A stretch of DNA of 34,320 nt from Candidatus Cloacimonadota bacterium (GCA_029564175.1 JAKQQL010000342.1:1-34320); one strand, 5' to 3'; positions 9,956-21,834 are shown, numbered from the stretch's first letter. The notes: generated by a model not told the origin, from the sequence alone. Made by a program: numbers and translations.

Positions 9956-10555
9956 TTATTTCATTCGCTGAAAAGTGATTTCTTTTTTATTAAAGACAAA
10001 AACCATTCGGTTGGTATTTGCCTTTACTTTTGGGAAATAGATTATTCCCTGTTTTGAAGCTCTGGGTAATATTTCTCCGAATGCAAATGAGTCCATGATG
10101 ATATTTCGTTGAATCTGCGATCGTCTTTGCATGATTTCCTGTTGAGTCTGTACAGACATGAGAAAGCGGTCAACATACAGCGTTTCATCCTGCATCATCA
10201 ATTCTAATACCTGTTCATAATCCTGAACATCCTGCTGATTTCTAAATTCATCAAGTAATGCAAAATCCTTAGGTAGAATCTTAATTGTTTCATTAGAATT
10301 GTTTTGAATTTTTACCCAAAAGGTCGTATAATGATCAGATAAATACTGAGGATCTTTCACCCACATTTGTTCAGAAACTGTTAAAACCAGTTCATTAGTT
10401 TTATATACAGCCAGATCATCACTAACAATCAAGCCAGGCTCTTGTATAGGAATAAATCGAGTAGTACAAGCATTTAATGTCATTAAAACAGCAATAAACA
10501 GGCAGTATAAAAACTGCCTGTTTTTTTTTTTTGTAAAACGTTTATTCTTCGTCAT
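9956..10555 (-). CDS. Hypothetical lipoprotein
   Basis: Start moved to ATG 10555 (MTKNKRFTKKKNRQFLYCLFIAVLMTLNAC): basic n-region, hydrophobic stretch, lipobox LNA-C; overlaps the gyrA stop by 14 nt. Confidence 0.65.
   Translation of the reverse strand: MTKNKRFTKKKNRQFLYCLFIAVLMTLNACTTRFIPIQEPGLIVSDDLAVYKTNELVLTVSEQMWVKDPQYLSDHYTTFWVKIQNNSNETIKILPKDFALLDEFRNQQDVQDYEQVLELMMQDETLYVDRFLMSVQTQQEIMQRRSQIQRNIIMDSFAFGEILPRASKQGIIYFPKVKANTNRMVFVFNKKEITFQRMK
10496..10532. terminator. Terminator-like hairpin just downstream of gyrA, inside the lipoprotein signal-peptide codons
   Basis: AAACAGGCAGT-ATAAAA-ACTGCCTGTTT perfect 11-bp stem running into T12 on the + strand. Confidence 0.6.
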
Positions 10556-13166
10556 TATCCGTTGTAGAATTATCTTCATCGGAATCTTCTTCCATTGGAT
10601 TAAGAACGATGTCATTATCATCTTCTTCACTATCTATTTCATCTTCATCGTCAGATCCGACAGGTTTCAGTTCTTTAGCCTGTTGTTGTCTTTCAAGAAC
10701 AAGCTGTTCTTGTTTTGCTAAATCTTCTTCCTGTTCTTCTTCCTTGATTTTTGTAACATCATGTACTAAATCGTCTTCACCGACATTGATCAGTTTAACA
10801 CCCTGAGTACGTCTTCCCTGAAGATTAATATTCTTTACTTCCTGTCTGATTATGATGCCGTTTCGGGTAATAATCATTAATTCATCATTATCACCAACTT
10901 CCATCATAGTAACCAGTTTTCCAATCTTATTGGTTTTTTCAGAAGCAAAAGCGCTTACACCTTTTGAACCACGATGAGTATCGTTATATTCTTCGATCTG
11001 AGTACGTTTACCATAGCCTTTTTCTGTAAGCGTCAGAATTGTACCTTCTCCACTAAGAACAAGCATAGAAATAACTTTATCAGCAGGTCTAAGACGAATA
11101 CCTGTTACACCGGCTGTAGCACGGCCAGTTGAGCGAATTTCGGTTTCAGGGAATCTGTTACAGAAACCATCAGCTGTTGCCAGAATAATAAAGTTTGAGC
11201 CATCAGAAATTCGAGCATCAATCAGTTCATCTCCATCATTGAGGTTTATTGCAATAATGCCTTTGCTACGTGGTCTTGAATAAGCAGACATACCTGTTTT
11301 CTTGATTAAACCATTCTTAGTCGCCATGATGATATAGAAGTCATCTCTTAGATTATCACAAGTAACCAGAGCTTTGATTTTTTCACCCTGTTCAATACCC
11401 AGAAGGTTGATAATCGCTTTACCACGTGCAGCTTTTCCGGTTTCTGGAATTTCATGAACTCTTAGCCAGTAACAACGTCCAAAATTGGTAAAGAATAAGA
11501 CATGATCGTGTGTTGAAGCAACAAATATATACTGTACAAAATCTTCATCTTTGAGATTAGTACCTGATGAACCTTTTCCTCCACGTGCCTGGGTTCTGTA
11601 TAAGTTGATTGGCATACGTTTGATATAACCTTCATGAGAAAGAGTAATCACACAGGTTTCATCCGGAATCATATCCAGTTCACTGATCTCTGTTCCTACA
11701 CTTTTGATAATTTGAGTTTTTCTATCATCTCTATATTTTTCAGATATTTCCATCGTTTCCTGTTTGATAATGTTCATACGAAGCTCTTTTTTCTCAAGAA
11801 TTTCTCTCAGGTTTTTTACAGTTTGAACAATCTCATTGTATTCTTGTTCTATCTTTTCACGTTCCAGACCAGTCAGTCTTTGTAAACGCATTTCAAGAAT
11901 CGCTTTTGCCTGGATCTCAGTTAGGCCGAATTTTAACTGAAGTTGTTCATTTGCTTCCGGAGTAGTTTTAGAGGCTCTAATAGTTGCAATCACTTCGTCA
12001 ATATTATCAAGTGCAATACGATAACCTTCTAAAATATGCATTCTATCTTCAGCATTTTTAAGAAGATATTTTGTTCTTCTGACAACGACTTCATGTCTGA
12101 AATTAATGAAATTTTGAATCAAATCTTTCATTGGTAATACTTGAGGAGCCCCATCGACTAAAGCCAGGTTAATCACACCAAAAGTACCCTGAAGCTGAGA
12201 ATACTTATACAGTTTATTCAAGACAGTCTGAGCGTCAGCATTTTTTTTCACAACAATAACCAGACGCATACCCTGACGACCGGATTCATCACGAATATCA
12301 GAAATACCTTCAATTCTCTTTTCTTTAACAAGTTCAACAATACGTTCAATTAAAAGGGTTTTGTTAACCTGATAAGGAATTTCTTTAATTACAATCAATT
12401 CCTGATCATTTGCTTTTCTTTCAATATCTGCTTTTCCTCTGACTCGTACTTTTCCACGACCGGTAGTAAAGTATTCAATGATACCACCTTTACCTAAAAT
12501 GGTTCCGCCAGTAGGGAAATCAGGTCCTTTTATGTACTCCAGCAGATCAAGTGAAGAAATATCAGGGTTATCAATCTGAGCAATAATTGCGTTACATACT
12601 TCATTGATGTTATGTGGAGGCATACTTGTAGCCATACCGACGGCAATACCAGATGCACCGTTCACAATCATATTAGGGAATTTTGAAGGAAAAACGACTG
12701 GTTCCTTTCGTGTTTCGTCATAGTTACTTCTAAAATCAACCGTATCTTTTTCCAGATCATCCATCAAATCAACAGCAGCCTTTTGTAAACGAGCTTCTGT
12801 ATAACGCATCGCTGCCGGTGGATCACCGTCAATCGAACCAAAGTTACCCTGCCCATCGACCAGCATATATCTTAAAGCCCAAGGTTGAGCCATACGAACC
12901 AAAGTAGGATAAACAACGGCTTCACCGTGAGGATGGTAGTTACCTGAAGTATCACCGGCAATTTTAGCACATTTTCTAAAATGACCACCTGGTGTCAGGT
13001 TTAATTCGTGCATTGAATAAAGAATACGACGTTGAGAGGGTTTTAGACCATCTCGAACATCAGGTAATGCACGGGAAACGATCACACTCATCGAATAATT
13101 GAGATAAGATTTTTTTAATTCTTCATCAATTTCGATGGATATGATTCTTGATTTATCTTCTGTCAT
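10542..13166 (-). CDS. gyrA: DNA gyrase subunit A
   Basis: SVIVSRALPDVRDGLKP, AAMRYTEARL catalytic Tyr, GyrA-box QARGGKG, beta-pinwheel repeats, acidic tail. Confidence 0.97.
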   Translation of the reverse strand: MTEDKSRIISIEIDEELKKSYLNYSMSVIVSRALPDVRDGLKPSQRRILYSMHELNLTPGGHFRKCAKIAGDTSGNYHPHGEAVVYPTLVRMAQPWALRYMLVDGQGNFGSIDGDPPAAMRYTEARLQKAAVDLMDDLEKDTVDFRSNYDETRKEPVVFPSKFPNMIVNGASGIAVGMATSMPPHNINEVCNAIIAQIDNPDISSLDLLEYIKGPDFPTGGTILGKGGIIEYFTTGRGKVRVRGKADIERKANDQELIVIKEIPYQVNKTLLIERIVELVKEKRIEGISDIRDESGRQGMRLVIVVKKNADAQTVLNKLYKYSQLQGTFGVINLALVDGAPQVLPMKDLIQNFINFRHEVVVRRTKYLLKNAEDRMHILEGYRIALDNIDEVIATIRASKTTPEANEQLQLKFGLTEIQAKAILEMRLQRLTGLEREKIEQEYNEIVQTVKNLREILEKKELRMNIIKQETMEISEKYRDDRKTQIIKSVGTEISELDMIPDETCVITLSHEGYIKRMPINLYRTQARGGKGSSGTNLKDEDFVQYIFVASTHDHVLFFTNFGRCYWLRVHEIPETGKAARGKAIINLLGIEQGEKIKALVTCDNLRDDFYIIMATKNGLIKKTGMSAYSRPRSKGIIAINLNDGDELIDARISDGSNFIILATADGFCNRFPETEIRSTGRATAGVTGIRLRPADKVISMLVLSGEGTILTLTEKGYGKRTQIEEYNDTHRGSKGVSAFASEKTNKIGKLVTMMEVGDNDELMIITRNGIIIRQEVKNINLQGRRTQGVKLINVGEDDLVHDVTKIKEEEQEEDLAKQEQLVLERQQQAKELKPVGSDDEDEIDSEEDDNDIVLNPMEEDSDEDNSTTDNDEE

Positions 13167-13213
13167 TATTATTATCCTCCATCTTTAGAGTTGAGAAAGC
13201 CTCGGTTTCTCTT

Positions 13214-15139
<1,926 letters not shown>

Positions 15140-15169
15140 CTACTTCTATTCTGTTTTATTCTTAATGAG

Positions 15170-15198
15170 ACAATATTTCATATCTCTTTTTCTGTCAA
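15170..15198 (-). promoter_or_regulatory. Sigma70-type promoter for gyrB-gyrA
   Basis: Minus strand TTGACA-17 nt-TATTGT about 60 nt upstream of the gyrB ATG. Confidence 0.6.
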
Positions 15199-15512
15199 TG
15201 TTTTTTCGTCAATTTTTACATTTTTTCAATTGGATATTCATTAATATCTATCGTATTGTATATCAATGTGTTACAAACTTGTTTTTCAATCATGTTTTTT
15301 CTTGTTTTTTATAAGCTGGAAATAGAAAAATTTGGCAATAAATTTACAACTGTTATTTTTGTTAAAAATATAGTTGAATCTCCCTATAGAAAAGCATGCT
15401 GGCTCTTTTTCAGACAAAAACCATGATTTACGATTTCAATGATTCTTCAGATAATAATATTTACTTTCAGATTTATAAATTCAAGCTATCAGAATAATCA
15501 AAGGTACACTGC

Positions 15513-16091
15513 TTAATATTCATAAGCTTCATCATCAGTATCGGTTGGGTAATCGAGCAAACTATCTGGTGCATTCGGATCTGAGCCTGAACTTACTATC
15601 ACACGAACAGAATCTCCAGCCATTACAGAAGTTCCGGCACGTGGTATGGTATAAATCACATAATTCTGTTGAACAGAGCCTGAATATTCAAATTCAGTTA
15701 AGCCCATTTTCAGATCATGTTTTTTTAAAATTTGTGATACATCATCCACATAATAATTTGTCAGATTTGGCACCGTTACTTTTTTTGAACCCAGACTTAA
15801 AACGACATAAACAGTTCTGTTTTCAAAGACGGACTTTCCAGAATAGGGGTTCTGAGACACAATGACATTCTTTGGTAGCTCATGATACTCATAATCAGAA
15901 ACCGCAATATAGAGGTTTCTCTCACTACATAAATCTTTTGCTTCTTCATAATCAAGACCAATCAACGTGGGGACTTCTACTTCACTTTGATTTTTTACAA
16001 TAAACTTCATCGCCAGATTCATGATAACGATACCAAGAATAAATATGCCTAAAAAGATTAATACGGATAATATAAACGCCTTAAATTTCAT
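15513..16091 (-). CDS. PASTA-domain membrane protein
   Basis: N-terminal TM helix and two PASTA repeats (VEVPTLIG...VSQNP...VVLSLG; VTVPNL...IVSSG). Confidence 0.85.
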   Translation of the reverse strand: MKFKAFILSVLIFLGIFILGIVIMNLAMKFIVKNQSEVEVPTLIGLDYEEAKDLCSERNLYIAVSDYEYHELPKNVIVSQNPYSGKSVFENRTVYVVLSLGSKKVTVPNLTNYYVDDVSQILKKHDLKMGLTEFEYSGSVQQNYVIYTIPRAGTSVMAGDSVRVIVSSGSDPNAPDSLLDYPTDTDDEAYEY

Positions 16092-16100
16092 GTATTGTCC

Positions 16101-17420
16101 TTAATTGTCATTTTTCCGCATTTTTGCAGCAAAAGCACCATCGACATGATGGATATGCGGAATCGTCTTTAAAAACCGGTTTTTTGTATAATCCAGAGGG
16201 ATATATTCTGCTGCATCAATCAAAGAAAATGCAGGATTTTGTTTTAAAAACTTTTCAATCTGTAATTCATTCTCATCATCATTGATTGTACAGGTACTAT
16301 ATATCAAATATCCACCGGGTTTCACGAACTGAGCAGCTGTTTGCAACGCTTTTTCCTGAAGTTTTATCAATTCAGGAATATTTTGCTTGGATTGCCAACG
16401 TAGTTCCGCTTTCTTTTGAAATACTCCCCAGCCTGAACAGGGCACATCAATTAATACCTTATCAAAAGCAGGTGCCACCGGTCCAAATTTAAAGGCATCT
16501 TCTGCAATCAGTTTAAAGTTATTCACTCCTAAACGTTCAAGCGTTTGTTTCATCTCTTTGATTTTGTTCGGTATTTTATCTACAGCGACCACTTCGCCGG
16601 TATTCTTCATCAATTCGGCAATATAACCGGCTTTTCCGCCACGTCCCGCAAAAAGGTCAAGAATACTCTCTCCTTCTTTAGGATCCATCAGATCGATTAC
16701 CATGGCAGCAGAAATATCCTGAATAGTAAAATATCCTTCATCAAATGTAACATCATTCAGTATTTCAGCTGCTTGTTTTGAAATCAGCATATTCTTACAG
16801 GCATGAGTTTCTACCAAAGTTACATTTTTCTTTGCAAAATAAGCGATCAGTTTATTCTTGCTGGTAGCGAGTTGATTAACGCGTAAATAGAGTTTTGGGG
16901 GTTCATTGTAATACATTGCCAGATATTCAACCTGATCCTCAGGCATTCTTTTCAGCCATTGTTCAACAATCTCAACCGGATAAGAATGTTCATAAGCGAT
17001 TCTTTCCACACTGTCATCCGGATAGCTAATAATCGGATTTCTCTGATATTCACGTAAGACTGCATTTACAAAATTTGCTATCGGCTCACCAAACATCTTT
17101 TTTGCCAGTTCAACCGATTCATTTACAGCAGCATGATCTGGTATGGAATCACAATGGATTAATTGATAAAATGCCAGATATAACAGGCATTTAATTCTAA
17201 TATCGGTATTTTTATATTTCTCCTGATTCGTAAATTGACGGACAATATAATCAAGATTTTCTTTCATTTTGATAACACCCTTGACTAGAACATACATCAA
17301 ATCAGGGTTTTCCGCAGAATGTTTTAATTTTTTCACAGACTGACTCAGCAGTTTATCAGAGAACATATTGTTTTTAAACACTTTAATGATTATATTTAAA
17401 GCTTCTTCACGTAAATTCAT
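16101..17420 (-). CDS. rsmB: 16S rRNA m5C967 methyltransferase (NusB-like + RsmB domains)
   Basis: IPDHAAVNESVELAK, FVNAVLR, IQD, DVPCSGWG, LIYSTCT. Confidence 0.9.
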   Translation of the reverse strand: MNLREEALNIIIKVFKNNMFSDKLLSQSVKKLKHSAENPDLMYVLVKGVIKMKENLDYIVRQFTNQEKYKNTDIRIKCLLYLAFYQLIHCDSIPDHAAVNESVELAKKMFGEPIANFVNAVLREYQRNPIISYPDDSVERIAYEHSYPVEIVEQWLKRMPEDQVEYLAMYYNEPPKLYLRVNQLATSKNKLIAYFAKKNVTLVETHACKNMLISKQAAEILNDVTFDEGYFTIQDISAAMVIDLMDPKEGESILDLFAGRGGKAGYIAELMKNTGEVVAVDKIPNKIKEMKQTLERLGVNNFKLIAEDAFKFGPVAPAFDKVLIDVPCSGWGVFQKKAELRWQSKQNIPELIKLQEKALQTAAQFVKPGGYLIYSTCTINDDENELQIEKFLKQNPAFSLIDAAEYIPLDYTKNRFLKTIPHIHHVDGAFAAKMRKNDN

Positions 17421-18031
17421 GATTCATTCCTTTTCTGATAAAGATACTTAATAGATTGTTTTATAATCTCCTGCGTGCTGGCTGTTTTATTAAATTTAAG
17501 ATCACGCAGCGCACGGGTAATTTCATATACTTTAAAACCAAGGGTCAACAAAGCACTTTCTGCTTCTTTAAAACGATCTTCATTCATTTCTTCCAGTTGA
17601 GCTGATGATATTCCGGCTGTGTCAATTTCACCCACCTTGTCTTTTAACTCAATAATCATTTTCTGGGCAGATTTAACCCCTAACCCTGGTGCTGTTGCCA
17701 ATAACTTAAAATTATTCGTTTGAATACAGGAGATAAAGTCAATTACCGAAAGAGTAGAAAGTACAGAAAGTGCTATACGGGGTCCGATTCGATTCAGATT
17801 GATTAACATTCTAAAAAGTTCTTTTTCATGACTGCTCATAAATCCAAACAAACGGGTTCCGTCTTCTGAATTAAAGTAAACATAGGTAAACAATTTAACT
17901 TCTTCATTTTCGGATGGTAAATTCTCAAATGTACTGAGTGGAATACGAAGTTCATAACCCACACCATTGCAATCGATAATAACGGAACTGGGGCTTTTCT
18001 CAGCCAGTTTCCCTCGTAAATATGCAAACAT
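17417..18031 (-). CDS. ruvA: Holliday junction DNA-binding subunit
   Basis: MFAYLRG, GVGYE, LFGF, IGPRIALSVLS and PGLGVKSA HhH motifs, EAESALLTLGF. Confidence 0.93.
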   Translation of the reverse strand: MFAYLRGKLAEKSPSSVIIDCNGVGYELRIPLSTFENLPSENEEVKLFTYVYFNSEDGTRLFGFMSSHEKELFRMLINLNRIGPRIALSVLSTLSVIDFISCIQTNNFKLLATAPGLGVKSAQKMIIELKDKVGEIDTAGISSAQLEEMNEDRFKEAESALLTLGFKVYEITRALRDLKFNKTASTQEIIKQSIKYLYQKRNES

Positions 18032-18141
18032 AAAATTCCCTTATATGCTTTATCGGGTATTATTCATAGATAAAGCATTCTGTTTTTCACTACTATCAGT
18101 CATATATAACTCATCTCTGAGCAAATATTTCAACTAACATA

Positions 18142-18170
18142 ACTTTATCAAAAAGTGGCTTTTTCGTCAA
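18142..18170 (-). promoter_or_regulatory. Sigma70-type promoter for ruvA-rsmB-PASTA
   Basis: Minus strand TTGACG-17 nt-TAAAGT with extended TG. Confidence 0.5.
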
Positions 18171-18209
18171 GCTTTTTATTTAAGGTTACCGCAAAACTTC
18201 AGTAACCCA

Positions 18210-18698
18210 CTATTTCTGAAACAAACTGTACTTTTCTTTATTAAAAAGACATATCGCTGCAGCTAACCCATCAGCTGCATCATAGGTAATGATTTGTGTC
18301 TTTAATTGAAGAATACTCTGAACCATATAGACGATCTGTTTTTTGGAAGCACTGCCCGAACCTACAACAGACTGCTTTATCTCACGTGGAGAATATTCAT
18401 AACAAGGGATACCATACTGAGCTAATAGTAATAAGACCACACCTCTGACATGACCAAGGGTAAAACTGGACTGGATATTTTTACCATAAAAGATATTCTC
18501 AACCGCCGCCACATCAGGTTTATTTTCTTCTATGATTTTTTTTATACCGTTATATACTACCAATAAACGCTCCGATAAGATTTCTTTATCCTTATTTTTA
18601 ATGGTACCACAACCGGCTGCCAGTATTTTATGTTTTTCGACTTCCAGCAAACCATATCCGCATATTCGACTACCAGGATCAACACCCAATATGATCAT
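18210..18698 (-). CDS. ruvC: Crossover junction endodeoxyribonuclease
   Basis: ILGVDPG, AVENIF, EYSPREIKQSVVGSGSASK, DAADGLA. Confidence 0.95.
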   Translation of the reverse strand: MIILGVDPGSRICGYGLLEVEKHKILAAGCGTIKNKDKEILSERLLVVYNGIKKIIEENKPDVAAVENIFYGKNIQSSFTLGHVRGVVLLLLAQYGIPCYEYSPREIKQSVVGSGSASKKQIVYMVQSILQLKTQIITYDAADGLAAAICLFNKEKYSLFQK

Positions 18699-18721
18699 TT
18701 TTTCTTATCCTATATAAACAA

Positions 18722-18751
18722 TTCAAGAGACACATTGCTGTGTCTCTTGAA
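18722..18751. terminator. Perfect 13-bp intercistronic hairpin between yebC and ruvC
   Basis: TTCAAGAGACACA-TTGC-TGTGTCTCTTGAA; weak U-tract on the minus strand. Confidence 0.5.
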
Positions 18752-18772
18752 AATAAAATATCAACCAGATGA

Positions 18773-19522
18773 TTAGTCCAGATTAATTTTTTCAAATGTC
18801 TCATCTGATATTTCAAAGTTTGCATACACTTTTTGAATATCATCAAGATCTTCAAGTTTTTCAATCAATCTGAGCAGTTTTTCCGCTACATCATCAGCTG
18901 CAACAGTTGATTTAGGTACACGGGTCAATTCTGCTTTATTGATTTTATAACCAATTTTTTCTATTTCAACAATCACTTTACTGAAATCAGAAACCTGTGT
19001 ATAGATTGAGAATACTTCTTCATCATTCTGTACATCATCAGCACCTGCTTCGATTGCATTCATCATCACTTCATCTTCATCAAGACCTGCTGCATCGATT
19101 TCTATCAAACCTTTTTGTTCAAAGTTCCATGCTACAGCACCGCCTTCAGCCATTGTTCCGCCGTATTTTGAGAAACAGTGACGTACTTCTGCAACGGTAC
19201 GGTTTTTATTATCGGTCATAGCATCAAGCATAATCGCTACACCACCATGTCCGTATCCTTCGTATGTAAGTTCTTCGTATGCTGCTCCTTCAATTTCACC
19301 GGTTCCTCTTTTTACCGCTTTGTCAATATTATCTTTTGGCATATTGGCATTACGGGCAGCCTGCACTGCGGTTCTTAAACGTGGATTAGAAGATAAATCT
19401 CCACCACCATCACGGGCAGCTAAAATGATTTCTTTTACAAGACGGGTAAATATCTTACCTCTTTTTGCGTCAGCAGCGCCTTTTTTATGCTTTATTGAGC
19501 TCCACTTATTATGTCCTGACAT
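18773..19522 (-). CDS. yebC: YebC/PmpR family protein
   Basis: MSGHNKWSSIKHKK, NPRLR, YEGYGHGG, TDNKNRT, LEDLDDIQKVYANF. Confidence 0.95.
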   Translation of the reverse strand: MSGHNKWSSIKHKKGAADAKRGKIFTRLVKEIILAARDGGGDLSSNPRLRTAVQAARNANMPKDNIDKAVKRGTGEIEGAAYEELTYEGYGHGGVAIMLDAMTDNKNRTVAEVRHCFSKYGGTMAEGGAVAWNFEQKGLIEIDAAGLDEDEVMMNAIEAGADDVQNDEEVFSIYTQVSDFSKVIVEIEKIGYKINKAELTRVPKSTVAADDVAEKLLRLIEKLEDLDDIQKVYANFEISDETFEKINLD

Positions 19523-19715
19523 TTTTCCTCCGGAATTATCTATATCTGTATTAAATCAGTTTATTAAAAACTGATGATGTTTTCTTAAGTCAAAAATAAT
19601 GATTCAGGTATTTTTGCAATATTTTTTTTAAAAAAGTAAATTTTGTTGCCAATTTGCCGACTGACAGACAGAAATCATCATGATGAAGCAGGCACTTAAA
19701 CAGGTTTATTTTTCT

Positions 19716-19749
19716 AAAAAAACACTCCCCATCATTGATAATGGGGAGT
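19716..19749 (-). terminator. Rho-independent terminator after the EF-G-like gene
   Basis: ACTCCCCAT...ATGGGGAGT stem followed on the minus strand by GTTTTTTT. Confidence 0.75.
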
Positions 19750-19779
19750 ATTCTGAATATATTCCAAGCATAAAAGAGA

Positions 19780-21834
19780 TTATTCTTCTTCTTTTTTGTA
19801 TGCTTCGATTACTACTTTAGCGATTTCTTCAGGTACTTTTTCAAAGTGTGAGAACTTTTGGGTAAACATACCGCGTCCCTGTGTTAATGATTTAAGAGCT
19901 GGGAAATAAGCAAACAACTCTGCAAGCGGAACGTTTGCTTTCAGAATTTGTTTTTTACCCTGTTGTTCCATACCATTAATTTTACCACGACGGGTAGAAA
20001 TATCACCCATTACATCACCCATATATTCAGTCGGAATGATGATTTCAATTTCATGAATTGGTTCAAGCAGAATTGGTTTTGCCTGAGTAAAAGCATCTTT
20101 TAAACACATGGAAGAAGCGATTTTGAATGCCATTTCTGATGAATCCACATCATGATAACTACCAAAATAACAATCTACACAGATATCGACAACAGTATAA
20201 CCCGCGATAATACCTTTTTCAAGCGTTTCCTGAATACCTTTTTCAATAGCAGGGATAAAATTACCAGGGATGGTACCACCTACAATAGAATTAACAAATT
20301 TATAACCTTCGCCACGTCCAGTTGGGCTGACACGGAAATAAACTTCACCGTACTGACCTTTACCACCGGATTGTTTTTTATGACGGTATTTGGTATCTGC
20401 TTTACCCTGAATGGTTTCTTTGTAAGGAATCTTTGGTGTTTTTAATAAAGCATCTACTTTATAACGATTTTTTAATCTTTTTTGAATAAGAGTCATCTGC
20501 TGTTCGCCCATTGCAGAGAGAACATGCTCATGAGTTTCCAGATTGATATGGGAAGTAATGGTTGGATCTTCAGCCAGTAATTTACCAAGTGCCTGTCCAA
20601 TTTTGTCTTCATCATTTTGATTGGCTGCTTTAATTGCCTGCCAGTAAACCGGACTTGGAACTGAAGTTTTCTGATAGCTTAATTTGCTGTTAACAGCAAC
20701 GATGGAATTTAATCCACGAGCTACTTTCAGTTTAACCAAACCGCCAATTTCACCTGCTTTTAATTCGCCGGCATCTGAACGGTTTTTACCCTGGAAGAAA
20801 TACATGGAAGACACTTTATCTTTTGCATCTTTTTCAGGGATAAAAATATCCATACCGGATTTTAAAGTACCTGAATAAACACGAACATAAGCCACATCAC
20901 CCATATTCGGATCAACAACTGATTTAAATACATAAGCCAGTAAATCACCATTAGGTGTACAAATCAAATTTTTATCTTTTTTGTCTTCTAAGACATTCAT
21001 TGCTTTTTTCGCTTCAGGTGAAGGCAGATATTCAATAATGGCATCCATCAAAGCCTGAACACCAACGCCTGTATTTGCAGAGCAACAGAAAGCCGGGATG
21101 ATGTTAGACTGAGCTAAAGCATTTTTTAATCCGCTTACTAATTCTTCTTCAGACAATTCCATTGATTCAAAGAATTTTTCAAGTAACGCTTCATCGGTTT
21201 CAGCAACAGCTTCCATTAAGGCTGCTTTTGCTTCTTCCAGTTCATCTGCAAATTCTGCAGGTACATCTGCTATTTTGCCATCGATTATCGCTTTACCTTT
21301 AACGACATCAATAACACCTTTAAAGTTTGCCTCTCTTCCCATAGGAATTAGCACAGGTGCTACTGTAATACCGGTATTATCTTTAATCGTTTCAAGCACT
21401 TTAAAATAGTCAGCCTGATCAGCATCCATTTTATTAATGATAACAGCTTTTGTTACCTTTCTGCCATCAAGAATTTCTAAAGATTTTTCAAGGCCTACTT
21501 CAAATCCGCCGGTTGCATTAGCAACAACTGCGACAGTATCAGCTGCTGTGGTTGCAGCTATCTGGTCGCCAATAAAGTCACCATAGCCAGGGGTATCCAC
21601 TAAATTAATTCGATTATTTTTCCAGTCAGCGTAGCCGATACTCATCATTAATGAAATACCTTTTTCGATTTCATCCTGGTCATAATCCATTACCGTATTA
21701 CCATCCGTTACTTTTCCAAGACGGTTAGTCATTTTCGAAAGGTAGAGCATCTGCTCAATAAGGCTTGTTTTACCAGCGCCACTTGAACCGATAAAAGCAA
21801 GATTACGAAGTGCATTCATTTCATAATTTTTCAT
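19780..21834 (-). CDS. fusA: Elongation factor G-like protein (EF-G2 type)
   Basis: EF-G domains (GEQQM, PYKETI, KKQSGGKGQYG, GSYHDVDSSEMAF, LLEPI) with divergent G motifs GSSGAGKTS, EKGISL, DTPGYGDF; not in a str operon. Confidence 0.88.
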   Translation of the reverse strand: MKNYEMNALRNLAFIGSSGAGKTSLIEQMLYLSKMTNRLGKVTDGNTVMDYDQDEIEKGISLMMSIGYADWKNNRINLVDTPGYGDFIGDQIAATTAADTVAVVANATGGFEVGLEKSLEILDGRKVTKAVIINKMDADQADYFKVLETIKDNTGITVAPVLIPMGREANFKGVIDVVKGKAIIDGKIADVPAEFADELEEAKAALMEAVAETDEALLEKFFESMELSEEELVSGLKNALAQSNIIPAFCCSANTGVGVQALMDAIIEYLPSPEAKKAMNVLEDKKDKNLICTPNGDLLAYVFKSVVDPNMGDVAYVRVYSGTLKSGMDIFIPEKDAKDKVSSMYFFQGKNRSDAGELKAGEIGGLVKLKVARGLNSIVAVNSKLSYQKTSVPSPVYWQAIKAANQNDEDKIGQALGKLLAEDPTITSHINLETHEHVLSAMGEQQMTLIQKRLKNRYKVDALLKTPKIPYKETIQGKADTKYRHKKQSGGKGQYGEVYFRVSPTGRGEGYKFVNSIVGGTIPGNFIPAIEKGIQETLEKGIIAGYTVVDICVDCYFGSYHDVDSSEMAFKIASSMCLKDAFTQAKPILLEPIHEIEIIIPTEYMGDVMGDISTRRGKINGMEQQGKKQILKANVPLAELFAYFPALKSLTQGRGMFTQKFSHFEKVPEEIAKVVIEAYKKEEE

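Noticed and set aside
10556..10630. N-terminal extension of ORF 9956..10630
   Set aside because: Alternative frame of the gyrA acidic tail; the signal peptide indicates a start at 10555
13193..13211. Terminator between gyrB and gyrA
   Set aside because: Short imperfect stem with no U-tract on the coding strand; at most a stabilising hairpin
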